Virus record (IMG/VR): IMGVR_UViG_2758568729_000001
Location: 1 to 64,000 of that record
Direction: 5' to 3' (one strand)
From: a virus
Lineage: Duplodnaviria; Caudoviricetes
DNA: 64,000 nucleotides
Under the pieces are notes generated by a model that had not been told where the DNA came from, did not search any database, and was given only the letters and a program-made list of their open reading frames with translations. Numbering within the stretch: the first letter of the stretch is position 1; every line of letters starts with the position of its first letter. Below, piece by piece: positions 1 to 9,865 of the stretch. Position numbers and translations under genes: made by a program.

Positions 1-849
1 TCAGAACGTCGGGGTTGAGCTACCCGTGATCGCCGCCGCCCCGGTGCCGGCAACAGCACCGGTTTCCTCGTACCGGTAGGTGACGGGCTTGCCGGCCTGT
101 GTGGCGTGGTCGATCTCGGCGCGGGTGCTGTCGCCCATGTATTTGCCGGGGCACACCACGATGACCTCGTCGGACATGCCGATCGCCGCGAAGTGCCTCG
201 CCTTGAGGTTGGCGATCTGCTCCGAGGTCGGGGCCGGCTCCCCTGGTAGGGGGAAGGCGGGGGACAGGACGACCACCCCGGTCAGGGCCAACTCCCGTTC
301 GACGCGCCGGAACTGGTCGGCGAAGCGGATCGACCCGCACAGGGTGACGACCCGCGGCCGGGTGTTGGCGGCCCGAGGTGGGTGCCCGTCTCCGCGAGAT
401 CGCAGTGCAATATCGACGGCGGTCATGGCGGCGACCGCCTGCGCCCACTCCTCCTCGAAGTCCCGCCGGGAGTTGTCCTCCAAGGCGTTCTCGAAGCCGG
501 ACAGCGCCTCCCGCAGCTCGGCCAGCGACGAACTCGCCGACACTTCGGCATTCTGCCGGTCCAGGAGCTGGTTCAGGTACTTGACCAGGCGAACCAGGGC
601 CTCTTCCATGTCGAGGGTCTTGAACACCCCACGCCAGTCGCGGTCGCGGTGCCGGCCGGGGTGGAGTTCGTGGACGAAGATCCCGCCGTCGCTGCTGATC
701 GTGTCGAGTCCTTCGGTGGACCTCAGCTCAAACGTGCGGGTCTTGAGCTCGTTGGTCCACCGCTCGGGGAAGTCGACGGTGACGACGGCGATCGGGCCGC
801 CCCACTCGGCGGTGCTGCGGGTGATGGTGAGGTCGTCACGGGTGATCAC
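1..849 (-). CDS. Hypothetical protein with C-terminal DUF4406/nucleoside deoxyribosyltransferase-like domain
   Basis: C-terminal VVTLCGSIRF...H...I..SD.V.V.CPGKYMGDST..EI..A pattern; GTG start at 849 overlaps the upstream stop. Confidence 0.6.
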   Translation of the reverse strand: MITRDDLTITRSTAEWGGPIAVVTVDFPERWTNELKTRTFELRSTEGLDTISSDGGIFVHELHPGRHRDRDWRGVFKTLDMEEALVRLVKYLNQLLDRQNAEVSASSSLAELREALSGFENALEDNSRRDFEEEWAQAVAAMTAVDIALRSRGDGHPPRAANTRPRVVTLCGSIRFADQFRRVERELALTGVVVLSPAFPLPGEPAPTSEQIANLKARHFAAIGMSDEVIVVCPGKYMGDSTRAEIDHATQAGKPVTYRYEETGAVAGTGAAAITGSSTPTF

Positions 850-1046
850 GGCTTCACCTCCTCCACCTGCGCGAGCAGGCGCATGGCCGTCTGGTGGTTG
901 TGGTAGTGCGGGGCGCTGGTCAGGTGATTGACCACCTCGCTGAGAGTGGCGTCCGGGTCCTCGGGGGACACCTGGAACTGGCGGATGCAGGGCGGCTTGG
1001 TGGTGGACGGGCACCGCAGCACCGTGCCCTCGGGGATGTCGTTCAC
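846..1046 (-). CDS. Small hypothetical protein (Cys/His, possible Zn-binding)
   Basis: Overlapping start/stop with both neighbours; C-x6-C...H..H pattern. Confidence 0.55.
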   Translation of the reverse strand: MNDIPEGTVLRCPSTTKPPCIRQFQVSPEDPDATLSEVVNHLTSAPHYHNHQTAMRLLAQVEEVKP

Positions 1047-1435
1047 GGGGTCACCGTCGTGATGAAGCCCGTCGGGTCGGGCAACCGCTGGGCGGCGGCG
1101 TTGAGCCCGTCGGCCATGGCCTGGGCTTGTGCCCACCGGGCCGGGGCGTCCGTGGACGGGTCACCGTCCTCCACGTACAGGCTGTCCCACAGCCTGATGA
1201 TGTCCCCGGCGTAGCAGGGGTTGGGCAACCGCAGGTTCATCCGCTCGTCCTCGGTTGAGTCGGGGCCACTCGGGAGGGCCGTGCCGCGCCGGATCGAGAT
1301 GTTGACTTCGTCCTCGTCGGTGAGGTCGGTGAGGTCATCGAGGACAAAGCCGTCCGTGTCGGTGAGGATGGCCCGCCACGGGCCGCGCAGGTGCTCGTTG
1401 ATGTCGGGTTCGGTGGTGGTTTGGGTGTCGGTCAT
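1043..1435 (-). CDS. Hypothetical protein
   Basis: GAGGAG RBS; coupled to neighbours. Confidence 0.65.
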   Translation of the reverse strand: MTDTQTTTEPDINEHLRGPWRAILTDTDGFVLDDLTDLTDEDEVNISIRRGTALPSGPDSTEDERMNLRLPNPCYAGDIIRLWDSLYVEDGDPSTDAPARWAQAQAMADGLNAAAQRLPDPTGFITTVTP

Positions 1436-1767
1436 GGCATCTCCTCAGTGGCAGGTGGGCGACGGGGAACGATGGACGCAGTCCCCTCCGGCTCGGGTGG
1501 CAGGAACTCGTCCAGCAGCGCGGCCTTCGCCTGGCTGCTGATCTGCCGGTCGGTGCCCAGCACCAGTGCGACAGACATGTGGCGCAGGCGGATGACGTAC
1601 GCGCGGCGCGCGGCGAACAGGTCGCCGGCCAGGGTGGCGCGGCGGTACGGCTGCGTGGGGGCGAGCCGGGAAATGTAGTAGCCGACCCGTAGGTGGGCGG
1701 CCCGGAGGAGGAACCCGGCCGCGATGAAGGCGGGGATCGTCAGCAGGCCGAGTAGGTAGTTAGCCAC
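1432..1767 (-). CDS. Hypothetical membrane-anchored protein
   Basis: N-terminal hydrophobic helix; coupled. Confidence 0.6.
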   Translation of the reverse strand: MANYLLGLLTIPAFIAAGFLLRAAHLRVGYYISRLAPTQPYRRATLAGDLFAARRAYVIRLRHMSVALVLGTDRQISSQAKAALLDEFLPPEPEGTASIVPRRPPATEEMP

Positions 1768-1978
1768 GGTGGCACCACCGTTCCGGTGTGTTCCCGAGCG
1801 CCACCCGGGCGGCGTGCATGATCGCCGGGTGGGCGGTCGCCGGGTACTGCTCGGTCAGGGACTCGATCGCAGCGGCGATCTCCCGCTCGGTACGGGCAAT
1901 GATCTGTGACTCGGCGAGCATGGCTTCGACCTGGGCGGGGTCGCGGCGGGCTGCCTGCGTGGGGTCGTAGCGTGGCAT
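1760..1978 (-). CDS. Hypothetical protein
   Basis: ATG overlaps the HAD gene stop (MPRYDPTQ...). Confidence 0.55.
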   Translation of the reverse strand: MPRYDPTQAARRDPAQVEAMLAESQIIARTEREIAAAIESLTEQYPATAHPAIMHAARVALGNTPERWCHRG

Positions 1979-2547
1979 CAGCCAGCCTGATCGGTAAGGA
2001 ACCGGTCGATCAGGTCCAGGTGCTTCCGGGTCAGCCCGACACCGGTCTTCGGCGACACGATCAGCGTCGGTGCGTGCTTGGCCAGTGCGGCACCGTCGTC
2101 GTGGGCACGCAGCTCCCAGTTGGCGTCGTCGTCGGTCCAGACCAGGGCCCGACCCTCGATTCCCACCACCCGCTCCGCGGCCGGGTACTTCCACCACCCG
2201 CGCCGCGTCGACAACGCGGCCAGGCCGGCGAGCCCTTGGGGGCACTCAGTGAAATCCGGGGCGGGGCGCACCGGGAAGTGCGGCAGGTCGAGCAGTCTCG
2301 ACAGGTTGACCGCCTCGTCCTGCCAGGTGGTGTGCCACCAAATCTCGGCCCGGCCGCGGTCGTGGGCGTCGCGGAGGAAGTCGAGAACGGGGGTGGCGGC
2401 GAGGATCGGCCAGTCCTGGCCGCCGCTGCGGGCACGACCGGTGAACCACTGGTGCTTGGGCCACACAGGGGTGACGGGTTTGCGGCTGATGGCGTTGATG
2501 ACCCCGTCGATGTCGAGTAGCCAGATCGGGGGTTTGGAGTCGGTCAT
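1978..2547 (-). CDS. HAD-family phosphatase (Swiss-Army-knife RNA-repair HAD type)
   Basis: LLDIDGVIN motif I, TTW motif II, VWTDDD motif IV. Confidence 0.8.
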   Translation of the reverse strand: MTDSKPPIWLLDIDGVINAISRKPVTPVWPKHQWFTGRARSGGQDWPILAATPVLDFLRDAHDRGRAEIWWHTTWQDEAVNLSRLLDLPHFPVRPAPDFTECPQGLAGLAALSTRRGWWKYPAAERVVGIEGRALVWTDDDANWELRAHDDGAALAKHAPTLIVSPKTGVGLTRKHLDLIDRFLTDQAG

Positions 2548-2777
2548 GCTGCCTCCTTCGATGTCTCGTTGCGGTGGGCCAGTTCCGCGTCAACCCCTTC
2601 GAGGAGGGCGAGCGTGAGAAGCCCGGACTGCGCGGGTGGGGCCGACCCTTTCGGCCCCACCCGGTGGAACGTGCCGGCGGCGAGGTGCCCTGCAACCCGG
2701 TCCAGGCCGGCCAGCAGGTTGGCCCGGATCGTGTGCAGCGTCTCGGTGGACGCGGCCTCGAACCCGCCGCCGGTCAC
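2544..2777 (-). CDS. Hypothetical protein
   Basis: GTGA/ATGA overlaps on both sides. Confidence 0.5.
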   Translation of the reverse strand: MTGGGFEAASTETLHTIRANLLAGLDRVAGHLAAGTFHRVGPKGSAPPAQSGLLTLALLEGVDAELAHRNETSKEAA

Positions 2778-3460
2778 GCCGGGGCCAGATGCGCCCGGCG
2801 GGCCCGCAGCAACCACGCCTCCACCGGGGTCCGGTCCGGCTCGTCCGGGAGCACCGTGCGGGCCTTTTCGAACATGTGCTTGTACATGGCGATCAGGTGC
2901 TCGGCGTCGTTCAGCGCCCCGTCGGCGACCCGCTCACCGAACTTGTGCAGCTCCTCCGGGTTGTGGACCCGGATCGTCAGCTTGCCGGTGGTGTACAGCT
3001 CGTACCCCTGCTGGCACAGGCGGGCCAGGTGCCGGGCGTGCTTCGCCGTGCGTTTCCTGGTGTCGGCCGAGAACGAACCGTCGCCGCGGGCCGTGAGCCG
3101 CCCGAACTGGCCGATGGCGTACCCGAGGTACGCGTCCCGGACCCGGTGCGCGGACAGGAACGCCGACCGGATGCCGATCAGCTCGTCACCCAGTGGCGTT
3201 CGGGTCTCGTACTCGTCGAGCCACACCAGCTCCATCGCCGTCGGGTTGCCCCCCAACGCGAGCCGGCACCACTTCGCCGCCTCGTGGTACGTGGCGTCCG
3301 GCTTGTTGGTGACGTGGGTGTCCTTCGGCGGGGTCAGCCCGAGGACGGCTTCGGTGGGGGCGGCAAACAGGCCGAGCCGATCCACGTCCGAACCGGGGCC
3401 GGCCAGCCCGTAGGCGGTCGACCCGACCACGCCGGCCAGCAGTAGATTGGTGGGCACCAT
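2774..3460 (-). CDS. Pol-beta superfamily nucleotidyltransferase (RlaP/YcgL-like, RNA-repair associated)
   Basis: GSTAYGL...SDVD motif; NP..MELVW; follows PNKP. Confidence 0.85.
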   Translation of the reverse strand: MVPTNLLLAGVVGSTAYGLAGPGSDVDRLGLFAAPTEAVLGLTPPKDTHVTNKPDATYHEAAKWCRLALGGNPTAMELVWLDEYETRTPLGDELIGIRSAFLSAHRVRDAYLGYAIGQFGRLTARGDGSFSADTRKRTAKHARHLARLCQQGYELYTTGKLTIRVHNPEELHKFGERVADGALNDAEHLIAMYKHMFEKARTVLPDEPDRTPVEAWLLRARRAHLAPA

Positions 3461-3461
3461 T

Positions 3462-4388
3462 TCAGAAGTCACCATCGGCTACCTGGAACACGGTCAGGCC
3501 GAGCGACCTCCACATCCGGACCACCCGGTCCCGGTCGTCGAACACCGCAGCGACCCGGTATCGGTCCCGGACGTGGGCGTTGAACAGCTCCAATTTCACG
3601 ACCGCGTCGTCCCGGCCGTCGCCGGCCGCGCGCATGAACAGACCCTCGTACGCGTACGGGTAGTGCTCCGCCAACCACTTCTCGGTAGCCTCACGGCAGC
3701 CCTCAGACCGGCCAGACATGAAGACCACCCGGTGCCCCGCGTGGACCATGGCCAGCACGGCGGACCGTACCGGCATGTTCGGGGCGTCGCCGCCGACAAG
3801 GGTTTCGTCGTACGGCGACCGGCGGCCCTCGTGGAGGCACATGGTCCCGTCGAGGTCGACCAGCACGATCGATGGGGCGACGGCCGGCGCCACGTACTGT
3901 TCGGCGACCGGGGCGGTCGGCAGCTCCGGGATCGGTAGCCGCTTGCCCTTGGCCTGCTTGAGGTACCGGTCGAACGTCTTCTGGATGAATTCCTCGCCGA
4001 CCTGGTCGTGCCCCTCCCGGAGTGCGTCCCGGCGCACGCACTCGTCAACCGGAACCTCCAAGAACTCGTCCCGGATGACCAACTCGGCGCCGACCTGGGC
4101 GGCGAGCTTCTGCCAACCCTTCACCGCACTGGCCGGCAGGTTGGTGTCGTCCGCGATGACGCTGACGCCGGAGCGGAGCAGCGCCCGGACCTGGGCTTGG
4201 TGCGCCACGGTGATCTGCTGCTCGGCCTCGTCGGTGTAGAGCGGCTTGCCGTGGAACAGTCGGCGGAGGCTGTCGCGGTTGACGCGGGCGACCGGTTGTC
4301 CGGCGGCCAGCATCTCGTCTCGTAGTGCTAGCGCGAAGGTGGTCTTTCCGGAGGCCATGAGCCCACGGGTGATGATCAGTTTGGCCAT
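3462..4388 (-). CDS. Polynucleotide 5'-kinase/3'-phosphatase (T4 PseT/PNKP-like)
   Basis: N-terminal P-loop GLMASGKTT, NRD, DDTNL; C-terminal HAD DLDGT, SGR, FDDR. Confidence 0.92.
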   Translation of the reverse strand: MAKLIITRGLMASGKTTFALALRDEMLAAGQPVARVNRDSLRRLFHGKPLYTDEAEQQITVAHQAQVRALLRSGVSVIADDTNLPASAVKGWQKLAAQVGAELVIRDEFLEVPVDECVRRDALREGHDQVGEEFIQKTFDRYLKQAKGKRLPIPELPTAPVAEQYVAPAVAPSIVLVDLDGTMCLHEGRRSPYDETLVGGDAPNMPVRSAVLAMVHAGHRVVFMSGRSEGCREATEKWLAEHYPYAYEGLFMRAAGDGRDDAVVKLELFNAHVRDRYRVAAVFDDRDRVVRMWRSLGLTVFQVADGDF

Positions 4389-5494
4389 CAGGCCGCGTCC
4401 TCTCCGTAGGTGCGGCCGGTGGGGGTCCACCCGGCCTCAGGCTTGGCCCGCTTCCACAGCTCGGCGGTGATGTCCTTGCCGTCGAGCAGGTTGAACAGCG
4501 CCCACCGCAGTGCGTGCGGGGCGGCGAGGGCGGCGAAGTCCCGGCGAGGGAACTCGTCAGGGAGTTGGGCGAGGATCAGACCAAACACCCACTGTGCGGC
4601 GGCTTCGGCTTCGTCCACCCGCTTCGACAGGGTGTAGGCGACCGCCTTGCACCAGTCGTGGAACTCGTCGGGCAGCGGGGCGATCAGGTCGGCGAGCGGT
4701 TTGCCGTCCATGAGGTGCTGCCAGATGACGCGGGCGTTGAATCCGGTGACGATCCGATGCAGGGCTACGTAGTCAGCCTGCTTGATCTTCACCATGCCGC
4801 CGTCGACCAGCGACCGAACCACCACACCCTCAGCGTTCGGCCGGGGCGGCATCGCCAGCGCATCGGCGAACGTAGCCGCCGGGAAGTGCTCCACGATCGG
4901 CCCGTACCAGGTGCCGAACCACGACGGGTCGTACACCGCCCCATCGCCGATGCCGACCCCGCCGAGGAGGATCAGGTCGTCCAACCCGTCGTAGTCGAGC
5001 ACGATCCGGTTGGCCGGGTAGACGATCTCGACCAGGGTGGTCGTGCCCGGCGTCGGCCGGAAGCTTGCGTACCGGTTGCGCAGCACCTCGGTTGCGTGCA
5101 CCGCCTGCTCGCTCGTGAAGGAGCCACGAGTGGCGACCGCCCAACCACCGAACGGCAGCGGGTAGATGATTCCGAGGGAACCATCCGCCTTGTCCGTAAC
5201 CAACACGGGGTCGTTCAGGCCAATCGTGGCGGCGCCGGCCTGACCGTGGTTGAAGAACTTTGGGTAGGGCCGGGCGACGACCTCGTGGGTGTCGCTGCGC
5301 GCGATCAGACCCCGGCAGGTCAGAGTGACCGGAGTCCAAGCCCCCGCGTACTGGCACATTTCGGTGTAGTTGTAGATCACCAACGGCTGCGTCGGGTGGT
5401 ACTGGACACGCACGTACCCGTCGTCAATCGCCTGTTCCAGGTCGCGCAGGTCGAAGAGATGGTCCAGGTACAGCGGGGCGGTCAGCGTGGTCAC
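4388..5494 (-). CDS. T4 Rnl1-like ATP-dependent RNA ligase
   Basis: CRGL, PKFFN, adenylation motif KADGS, TRGSF, EGVVV, VKIK. Confidence 0.92.
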   Translation of the reverse strand: MTTLTAPLYLDHLFDLRDLEQAIDDGYVRVQYHPTQPLVIYNYTEMCQYAGAWTPVTLTCRGLIARSDTHEVVARPYPKFFNHGQAGAATIGLNDPVLVTDKADGSLGIIYPLPFGGWAVATRGSFTSEQAVHATEVLRNRYASFRPTPGTTTLVEIVYPANRIVLDYDGLDDLILLGGVGIGDGAVYDPSWFGTWYGPIVEHFPAATFADALAMPPRPNAEGVVVRSLVDGGMVKIKQADYVALHRIVTGFNARVIWQHLMDGKPLADLIAPLPDEFHDWCKAVAYTLSKRVDEAEAAAQWVFGLILAQLPDEFPRRDFAALAAPHALRWALFNLLDGKDITAELWKRAKPEAGWTPTGRTYGEDAA

Positions 5495-5832
5495 CGGGCA
5501 CCGTCCGATGCGAAGAACCCGAACCCGTCGCGTCGCAACCGGGCGTTGATCGCCGCCGACACGGTTGCGTCGTCCTTCGCCTTCTGGATCGGGTCGTAGG
5601 TGCTCACCTCGTAGTCGGCGGCGAACGGGTAGTGGTAACCCTTCGTGGTTCTGACCATCAGCACCTCAGTGCCGGGCGTCGCCCGCTTGGCGCCGATGAC
5701 CCAGCCCATCAGCCACGACGGCGAATCGGTTTCGATCGACCTGCCGTAGGACTCGACGCTATCGACCACGAAATAACCGTGGCCGGTGCGGATCCCGTCG
5801 CCGCGCTCCAACTCGTCGGCTCGTTTGCTCAT
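5491..5832 (-). CDS. Hypothetical protein
   Basis: Coupled to ligase start; MSKRADELERGD. Confidence 0.55.
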   Translation of the reverse strand: MSKRADELERGDGIRTGHGYFVVDSVESYGRSIETDSPSWLMGWVIGAKRATPGTEVLMVRTTKGYHYPFAADYEVSTYDPIQKAKDDATVSAAINARLRRDGFGFFASDGAR

Positions 5833-5834
5833 GG

Positions 5835-6872
5835 TCACTGCCCTTCCGGGGAACTGGTGACCGGCCGGCGGGCGGCGTCGACCTCGGCGGCCTTTGCCCG
5901 GATCACCGCGATCAGCTCGGCCCGGAACTCCGGTCCGCGCAGCGCGTCGAGGTCGACCGGACCGGTCCCCGTGATGGGGTAGGCCACGCACCGGGCCGGG
6001 CCGTCGCCGAGCAGGTCCAGGTATCCGGACCGCAACCCCCACGCGGAGATGGCGGCGTCGGCGAACCCGGGCAGGATCTTGATGTGCCAGCCCGGGGTCC
6101 AGGCCGGGGTCCGGACATGTTCGTTCCTGATGCGCGGGGTCCGGCTGTTCGGGTCCAGACCCCGGTACAACTCGGCCAGGATCGGCACGTCGGCCAACTC
6201 CCGCATGATGTCGAGCACCAACGCCTCCGCGACCGCCCGAGTGTTCTCGGCCGGGTCACGCTCCACGACCGGCGGGGCCACGTAGTCGTGCAGGCGGCGG
6301 GCCTTGAAGGTCTTGAGCGAGTTCGCCGGGATGACCTGCTGGTCGAGCAGGGCGGCATACACCTCCGGGGTGATCCGCGCCTTCGGGACCTGCCCGTTGC
6401 CGTCCACGATGATGGAGATCTCCGTGACCCGCCCAGGGTCGTCGCCCCAGCCCCGGTCCCAGAACACCGACACCCAGTCGTTGGTCTCGGCCAGCTCGCG
6501 GAGGGTGGTGATGGCCGCGTCGACCGTGGACAGGGTCGGAACCTCGGGCTCGGCGTCGGCAATCGGGGTCATCTCCCGGAAGCCAGGCGCCTGGTGGACC
6601 TGCTCGGCGTGCTTCCCACACACCCCCGTGCGGGTCTCACCGGGGTAGAACAGGCCCTCGGTCTCCATGCCGGTCCGGTAGTCGTCCACGACGACCCGAT
6701 GGGTGGCCTTGGCCGGGCACATGTCCGCCTCGGACCGCCACGCCTCGGCGAGGAGGACGTAGCAGCCGGTGGTGTCCTTCCGGCCGCCGGTCATCAGGTA
6801 GACCTGCTGCACTGCGATGGCCAGGCGGTCGGCGGCTCGGACGGTGCCGGCGTTGTCCAGGGTGTTGATCAC
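5835..6872 (-). CDS. Hypothetical protein
   Basis: 345-aa ORF with AAGGAG RBS in operon context. Confidence 0.7.
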   Translation of the reverse strand: MINTLDNAGTVRAADRLAIAVQQVYLMTGGRKDTTGCYVLLAEAWRSEADMCPAKATHRVVVDDYRTGMETEGLFYPGETRTGVCGKHAEQVHQAPGFREMTPIADAEPEVPTLSTVDAAITTLRELAETNDWVSVFWDRGWGDDPGRVTEISIIVDGNGQVPKARITPEVYAALLDQQVIPANSLKTFKARRLHDYVAPPVVERDPAENTRAVAEALVLDIMRELADVPILAELYRGLDPNSRTPRIRNEHVRTPAWTPGWHIKILPGFADAAISAWGLRSGYLDLLGDGPARCVAYPITGTGPVDLDALRGPEFRAELIAVIRAKAAEVDAARRPVTSSPEGQ

Positions 6873-6875
6873 GGG

Positions 6876-7091
6876 CTACTCCTTCGGGTCGGTGAGTTGG
6901 GGGAGTGTGGTCTTGCGGCAGCCGGGGCACCGGTCGATGCCACCCGGGCCGGCGCACAACCAGCCGTCGGTACGCATCCGCTCCCGGACTTCGGCGACGG
7001 ACACACCGGTCCACGCGGCGTCATCCGGGCATCCGAGGTCGGCGTTGGCCGGGCCGTTGCAGCGGACCTCCACCAAGCGGTGAACGCTCAC
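6876..7091 (-). CDS. Small Cys-rich (Zn-ribbon-like) protein
   Basis: C...C, GW...D.CPGC pattern. Confidence 0.6.
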   Translation of the reverse strand: MSVHRLVEVRCNGPANADLGCPDDAAWTGVSVAEVRERMRTDGWLCAGPGGIDRCPGCRKTTLPQLTDPKE

Positions 7092-7396
7092 CGGTTGCCG
7101 CCGGCCAGCAGTGGCGCCGCGCGGGGGTGGTCAATCGGGACGATGCGGAAGACGAGCGCGTTAGCGGTGATGATCTGCCGGTCCCGGCTGCCGACCTCGT
7201 TCATGGCGTTGGTGTACCGCCAGAACCGGCGCCCGCTGGCGGTGAAGATCATGGACGTGGTGACGCGGGTGACCGTCGTCGCGTGGGCCTCGTACTTCCC
7301 TCGCCCGAGGTAGGCAAGTTCGGCCACCGGCTCACCGAGGGCGAACCAGCGCTCGGCCTCGGTGAGCGCGACCTGGCGGGCGATGCTTCGGTTCAC
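7088..7396 (-). CDS. Hypothetical protein
   Basis: Operon context. Confidence 0.55.
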   Translation of the reverse strand: MNRSIARQVALTEAERWFALGEPVAELAYLGRGKYEAHATTVTRVTTSMIFTASGRRFWRYTNAMNEVGSRDRQIITANALVFRIVPIDHPRAAPLLAGGNR

Positions 7397-7399
7397 AGG

Positions 7400-7561
7400 T
7401 CAGCCCTCGTCTTCGTGCTTGGTCGGGTCGACCGGTACGGCCTGGCGCTCCCGTACGGCCTCGATCAACGTGAGGGAGTCGCGGTGCCAGTCGGCGAGTA
7501 CGTCCAACTCTGGGACCGACAGGTCGGCCAGGTTGATCGGCGGGAACGCCTGGACGGTCAT
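7400..7561 (-). CDS. Small hypothetical protein
   Basis: ATGA overlap with upstream gene. Confidence 0.5.
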   Translation of the reverse strand: MTVQAFPPINLADLSVPELDVLADWHRDSLTLIEAVRERQAVPVDPTKHEDEG

Positions 7562-7824
7562 CGGGTGCCGTCGTTGGAGGCGGCGAGGTTGACCACGCGC
7601 ACCGGGCCGTTGTGGCGCTCGATGAACTTGTCGAGGTCGCTGCGGAACACCTGTCCCCGGACCCCGTCCGGCACCCACTCCTGATCGGTGGGCCAGAAGG
7701 CGTCGAACTGTCGCCGGTTGTGGTCGTCGGCCGGGCGGCTCAGGTCGACGTGGACGATGACCTCCGTCGGGAAGGTGAAGTCCTCCCGCGAGGGGATTCC
7801 CGCCGTGGGCTTGGTCGTCTTCAT
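7558..7824 (-). CDS. Hypothetical protein, first gene behind a double-box promoter
   Basis: GGGAG RBS just downstream of promoter 7855-7907. Confidence 0.65.
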   Translation of the reverse strand: MKTTKPTAGIPSREDFTFPTEVIVHVDLSRPADDHNRRQFDAFWPTDQEWVPDGVRGQVFRSDLDKFIERHNGPVRVVNLAASNDGTR

Positions 7825-7854
7825 CGCTACTCCCTGGCCGATCGATACCGCTTA

Positions 7855-7907
7855 CATCTACTAAGTTACAGTACGGCAGGCATGATCGCTATCAGATCTA
7901 TCAAGTT
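7855..7907 (-). promoter_or_regulatory. Double-box promoter heading the operon that contains the RNA-repair genes
   Basis: AACTTGATAGATC and AACTTAGTAGATG 40 bp apart; TAACTT -10 overlaps second box. Confidence 0.75.
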
Positions 7908-8197
7908 TGTGTGAGATTACTAGGCCGACTTGCACTTGGCGAGCGCGGCGATAGTCGCCAACGCGCGGAACAACGCCCGAATCTGCTCGGGAGTGAGCGC
8001 AGCCAAGTCCCCGCCGGTCAACCGCACGTCGAGACTCAGCCCCACCAGCACGCCCATGTGATTCCGGACGACGCGTTGGCGAGACACCACAGGCTCAGGC
8101 ACGCGGGGCACCACCGGCCGAGACAACCGGAGGACGTGCGACCTACTCGGGTCGATGCCGATCGCGGCGAGCGTCCGGGCCACACCCACGTGGGTGC

Positions 8198-8551
8198 TCA
8201 ACGGGGGCCACCGCCATCGGCTTCGCGTTCGGCAATGCGTTCCAATGCCTCGTTGTAGTGGCCGCGAGCCCTCGGTGGCGTGGCTTTCCGGGCGGGCTCA
8301 TCTCGGCCCGCGTGTGGGCTGCACGCGGCGCCGTGGCTGGCCTTCCAGCCATGCCCGGTTGCCGTGACCAGCCACCAGGACTTGTTCTCCCCGATCAGTT
8401 CGCCGCCCACGTCGCAGCGGCGCACCGTGGGGATCAAGGGGTGGGGGCCACTGACAACGAACAGGCCGCTCGCTGGCGCGGGACCCTGGACCGGGTTGAC
8501 CACGGCGCCGAGGTTGTCGAGGCTGATCTCGGGAGGTATGGGCTGCGTCAT
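8198..8551 (-). CDS. Hypothetical protein
   Basis: ATGA overlap; MTQPIPPE. Confidence 0.5.
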   Translation of the reverse strand: MTQPIPPEISLDNLGAVVNPVQGPAPASGLFVVSGPHPLIPTVRRCDVGGELIGENKSWWLVTATGHGWKASHGAACSPHAGRDEPARKATPPRARGHYNEALERIAEREADGGGPR

Positions 8552-8916
8552 CGGATGCCCGCCTTGCTGGCCGCGCCCTCGCGGTTTGTCAGTCCGGCGA
8601 TCCACGCCGGGGCTCCGCTGTTCGGGTCACCCTCGGTCTGCCGCTTTCGCAACCGGGCCGCGAGTTCGGTCAGCCGGGCCGCGAACCGTTCGAGGTGGTC
8701 CGCGTCCTCCACGTTGATCCCGCCGACTTGGATCACCCCGCCCAGGTCTACGACGATCACCGCCCGGTCGTTGGTGCCGACGAGTTGTGCGTGCCCCTGC
8801 GGGTCGGACAGGTAGACGCCGGGCGCCAACCCTCGGCTGTCGTCGGTGTGCATGTTGGCGGCGGCGAGCGCGGACAGGTCGTCATCCTCGGGCGCGGGCA
8901 GTGCGGTGAAGTTCAT
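8548..8916 (-). CDS. Hypothetical protein
   Basis: Operon context. Confidence 0.6.
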   Translation of the reverse strand: MNFTALPAPEDDDLSALAAANMHTDDSRGLAPGVYLSDPQGHAQLVGTNDRAVIVVDLGGVIQVGGINVEDADHLERFAARLTELAARLRKRQTEGDPNSGAPAWIAGLTNREGAASKAGIR

Positions 8917-8919
8917 GGG

Positions 8920-9588
8920 TTACGCCGCCTTCCGGACGGTGGACTGCTGCTGGGCGATGAGCGCGTCGACCTGCGCGCAGGTGAGTCGCCTGATGACCAA
9001 GCGGTGCTGGCGGTAGACCTGCCAGCCGTAGTCGGTCAGCGAGTAGTCACGGGAGTAGCCGTCTCCGGAGAGGGCACCTTCGCTGAAGATTCCCTTCGCG
9101 ACCAGCGACAGGACCGTCTGCCGTTCCTGGTGGTCGCCGTGGAAATGGGCGGTCGACGCCCAGGTCTTCCCACCGGATTCCGCCGCGCGCTCGATCTCCT
9201 CGGCCTGCTTCTCGGAAAGCCGTACACCCCTCGGGGTCGGCTGCTTCGCGTCTTTGGCCGGGATCGGCTTGGCGGCGGCCTCAGCCTCCGCAACCAGCTC
9301 AGCCGGCGCATCCCACGGGCTGCGGCGGTACTGGAACACCAACTCGCCGTACGTGTGCCGCTGCTCGGTCGACCAATCGGCGATCCGGGTGCGTCGCGCC
9401 TTGTGAGTCGGTACGAGGGTGAAGTTTCCGCCGCCGGTTGACTGGCACTCCTGGCCGAATCCGCGCCGGCAGGTCGGGCAGATGACGGCGTCCGATGCCA
9501 TGTAGTAGAGGCGCGTCTGCCGGTAGTCGCCGTTGGCAGCTTCGATCGAGGTGTGGACAAGGTCGACGCTGGTGATCGTGGTGGTCAT
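8920..9588 (-). CDS. Zinc-finger plus winged-helix-like protein
   Basis: CPTC..C...H finger; C-terminal LVAKG...LTDYG wing signature; GGAGG RBS. Confidence 0.65.
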   Translation of the reverse strand: MTTTITSVDLVHTSIEAANGDYRQTRLYYMASDAVICPTCRRGFGQECQSTGGGNFTLVPTHKARRTRIADWSTEQRHTYGELVFQYRRSPWDAPAELVAEAEAAAKPIPAKDAKQPTPRGVRLSEKQAEEIERAAESGGKTWASTAHFHGDHQERQTVLSLVAKGIFSEGALSGDGYSRDYSLTDYGWQVYRQHRLVIRRLTCAQVDALIAQQQSTVRKAA

Positions 9589-9620
9589 CGGCTTGCCCTC
9601 CTGCGGGTCGGCGCTACTTG

Positions 9621-9673
9621 CATCTACCAATCTACGCCGTCCGCCACGATGAAGCTAGTTTATCTATCAAGTT
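9621..9673 (-). promoter_or_regulatory. Double-box promoter
   Basis: AACTTGATAGATA and AGATTGGTAGATG 40 bp apart; TAGATT -10. Confidence 0.7.
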
Positions 9674-9724
9674 AGGCCAAGATCTTTCCGCAGGTCGCAG
9701 GCAACCCGCTGTACCGTGACGCGG

Positions 9725-9761
9725 GGGAGCCCCGGCCGCATATGGCGTGGCCGGGGCTCCC
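9725..9761 (-). terminator. GC-rich hairpin after the 9-aa micro-ORF
   Basis: GGGAGCCCCGGCC / GGCCGGGGCTCCC inverted repeat. Confidence 0.55.
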
Positions 9762-9772
9762 TTCGGTGTGGG

Positions 9773-9802
9773 TCAGACCCACTCGAACGTGCCTCGCTTC
9801 AT
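9773..9802 (-). CDS. Candidate 9-aa micropeptide MKRGTFEWV
   Basis: AAGGAGG RBS 8 nt upstream; only obvious ORF between promoter 9866-9918 and hairpin 9725-9761. Confidence 0.45.
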   Translation of the reverse strand: MKRGTFEWV

Positions 9803-9865
9803 GCGGCCCCCCTCCTTGGTTCGCGAGCCCTCCCTGCGCTGCCCCTCGGCAACACCTCGCCGTTG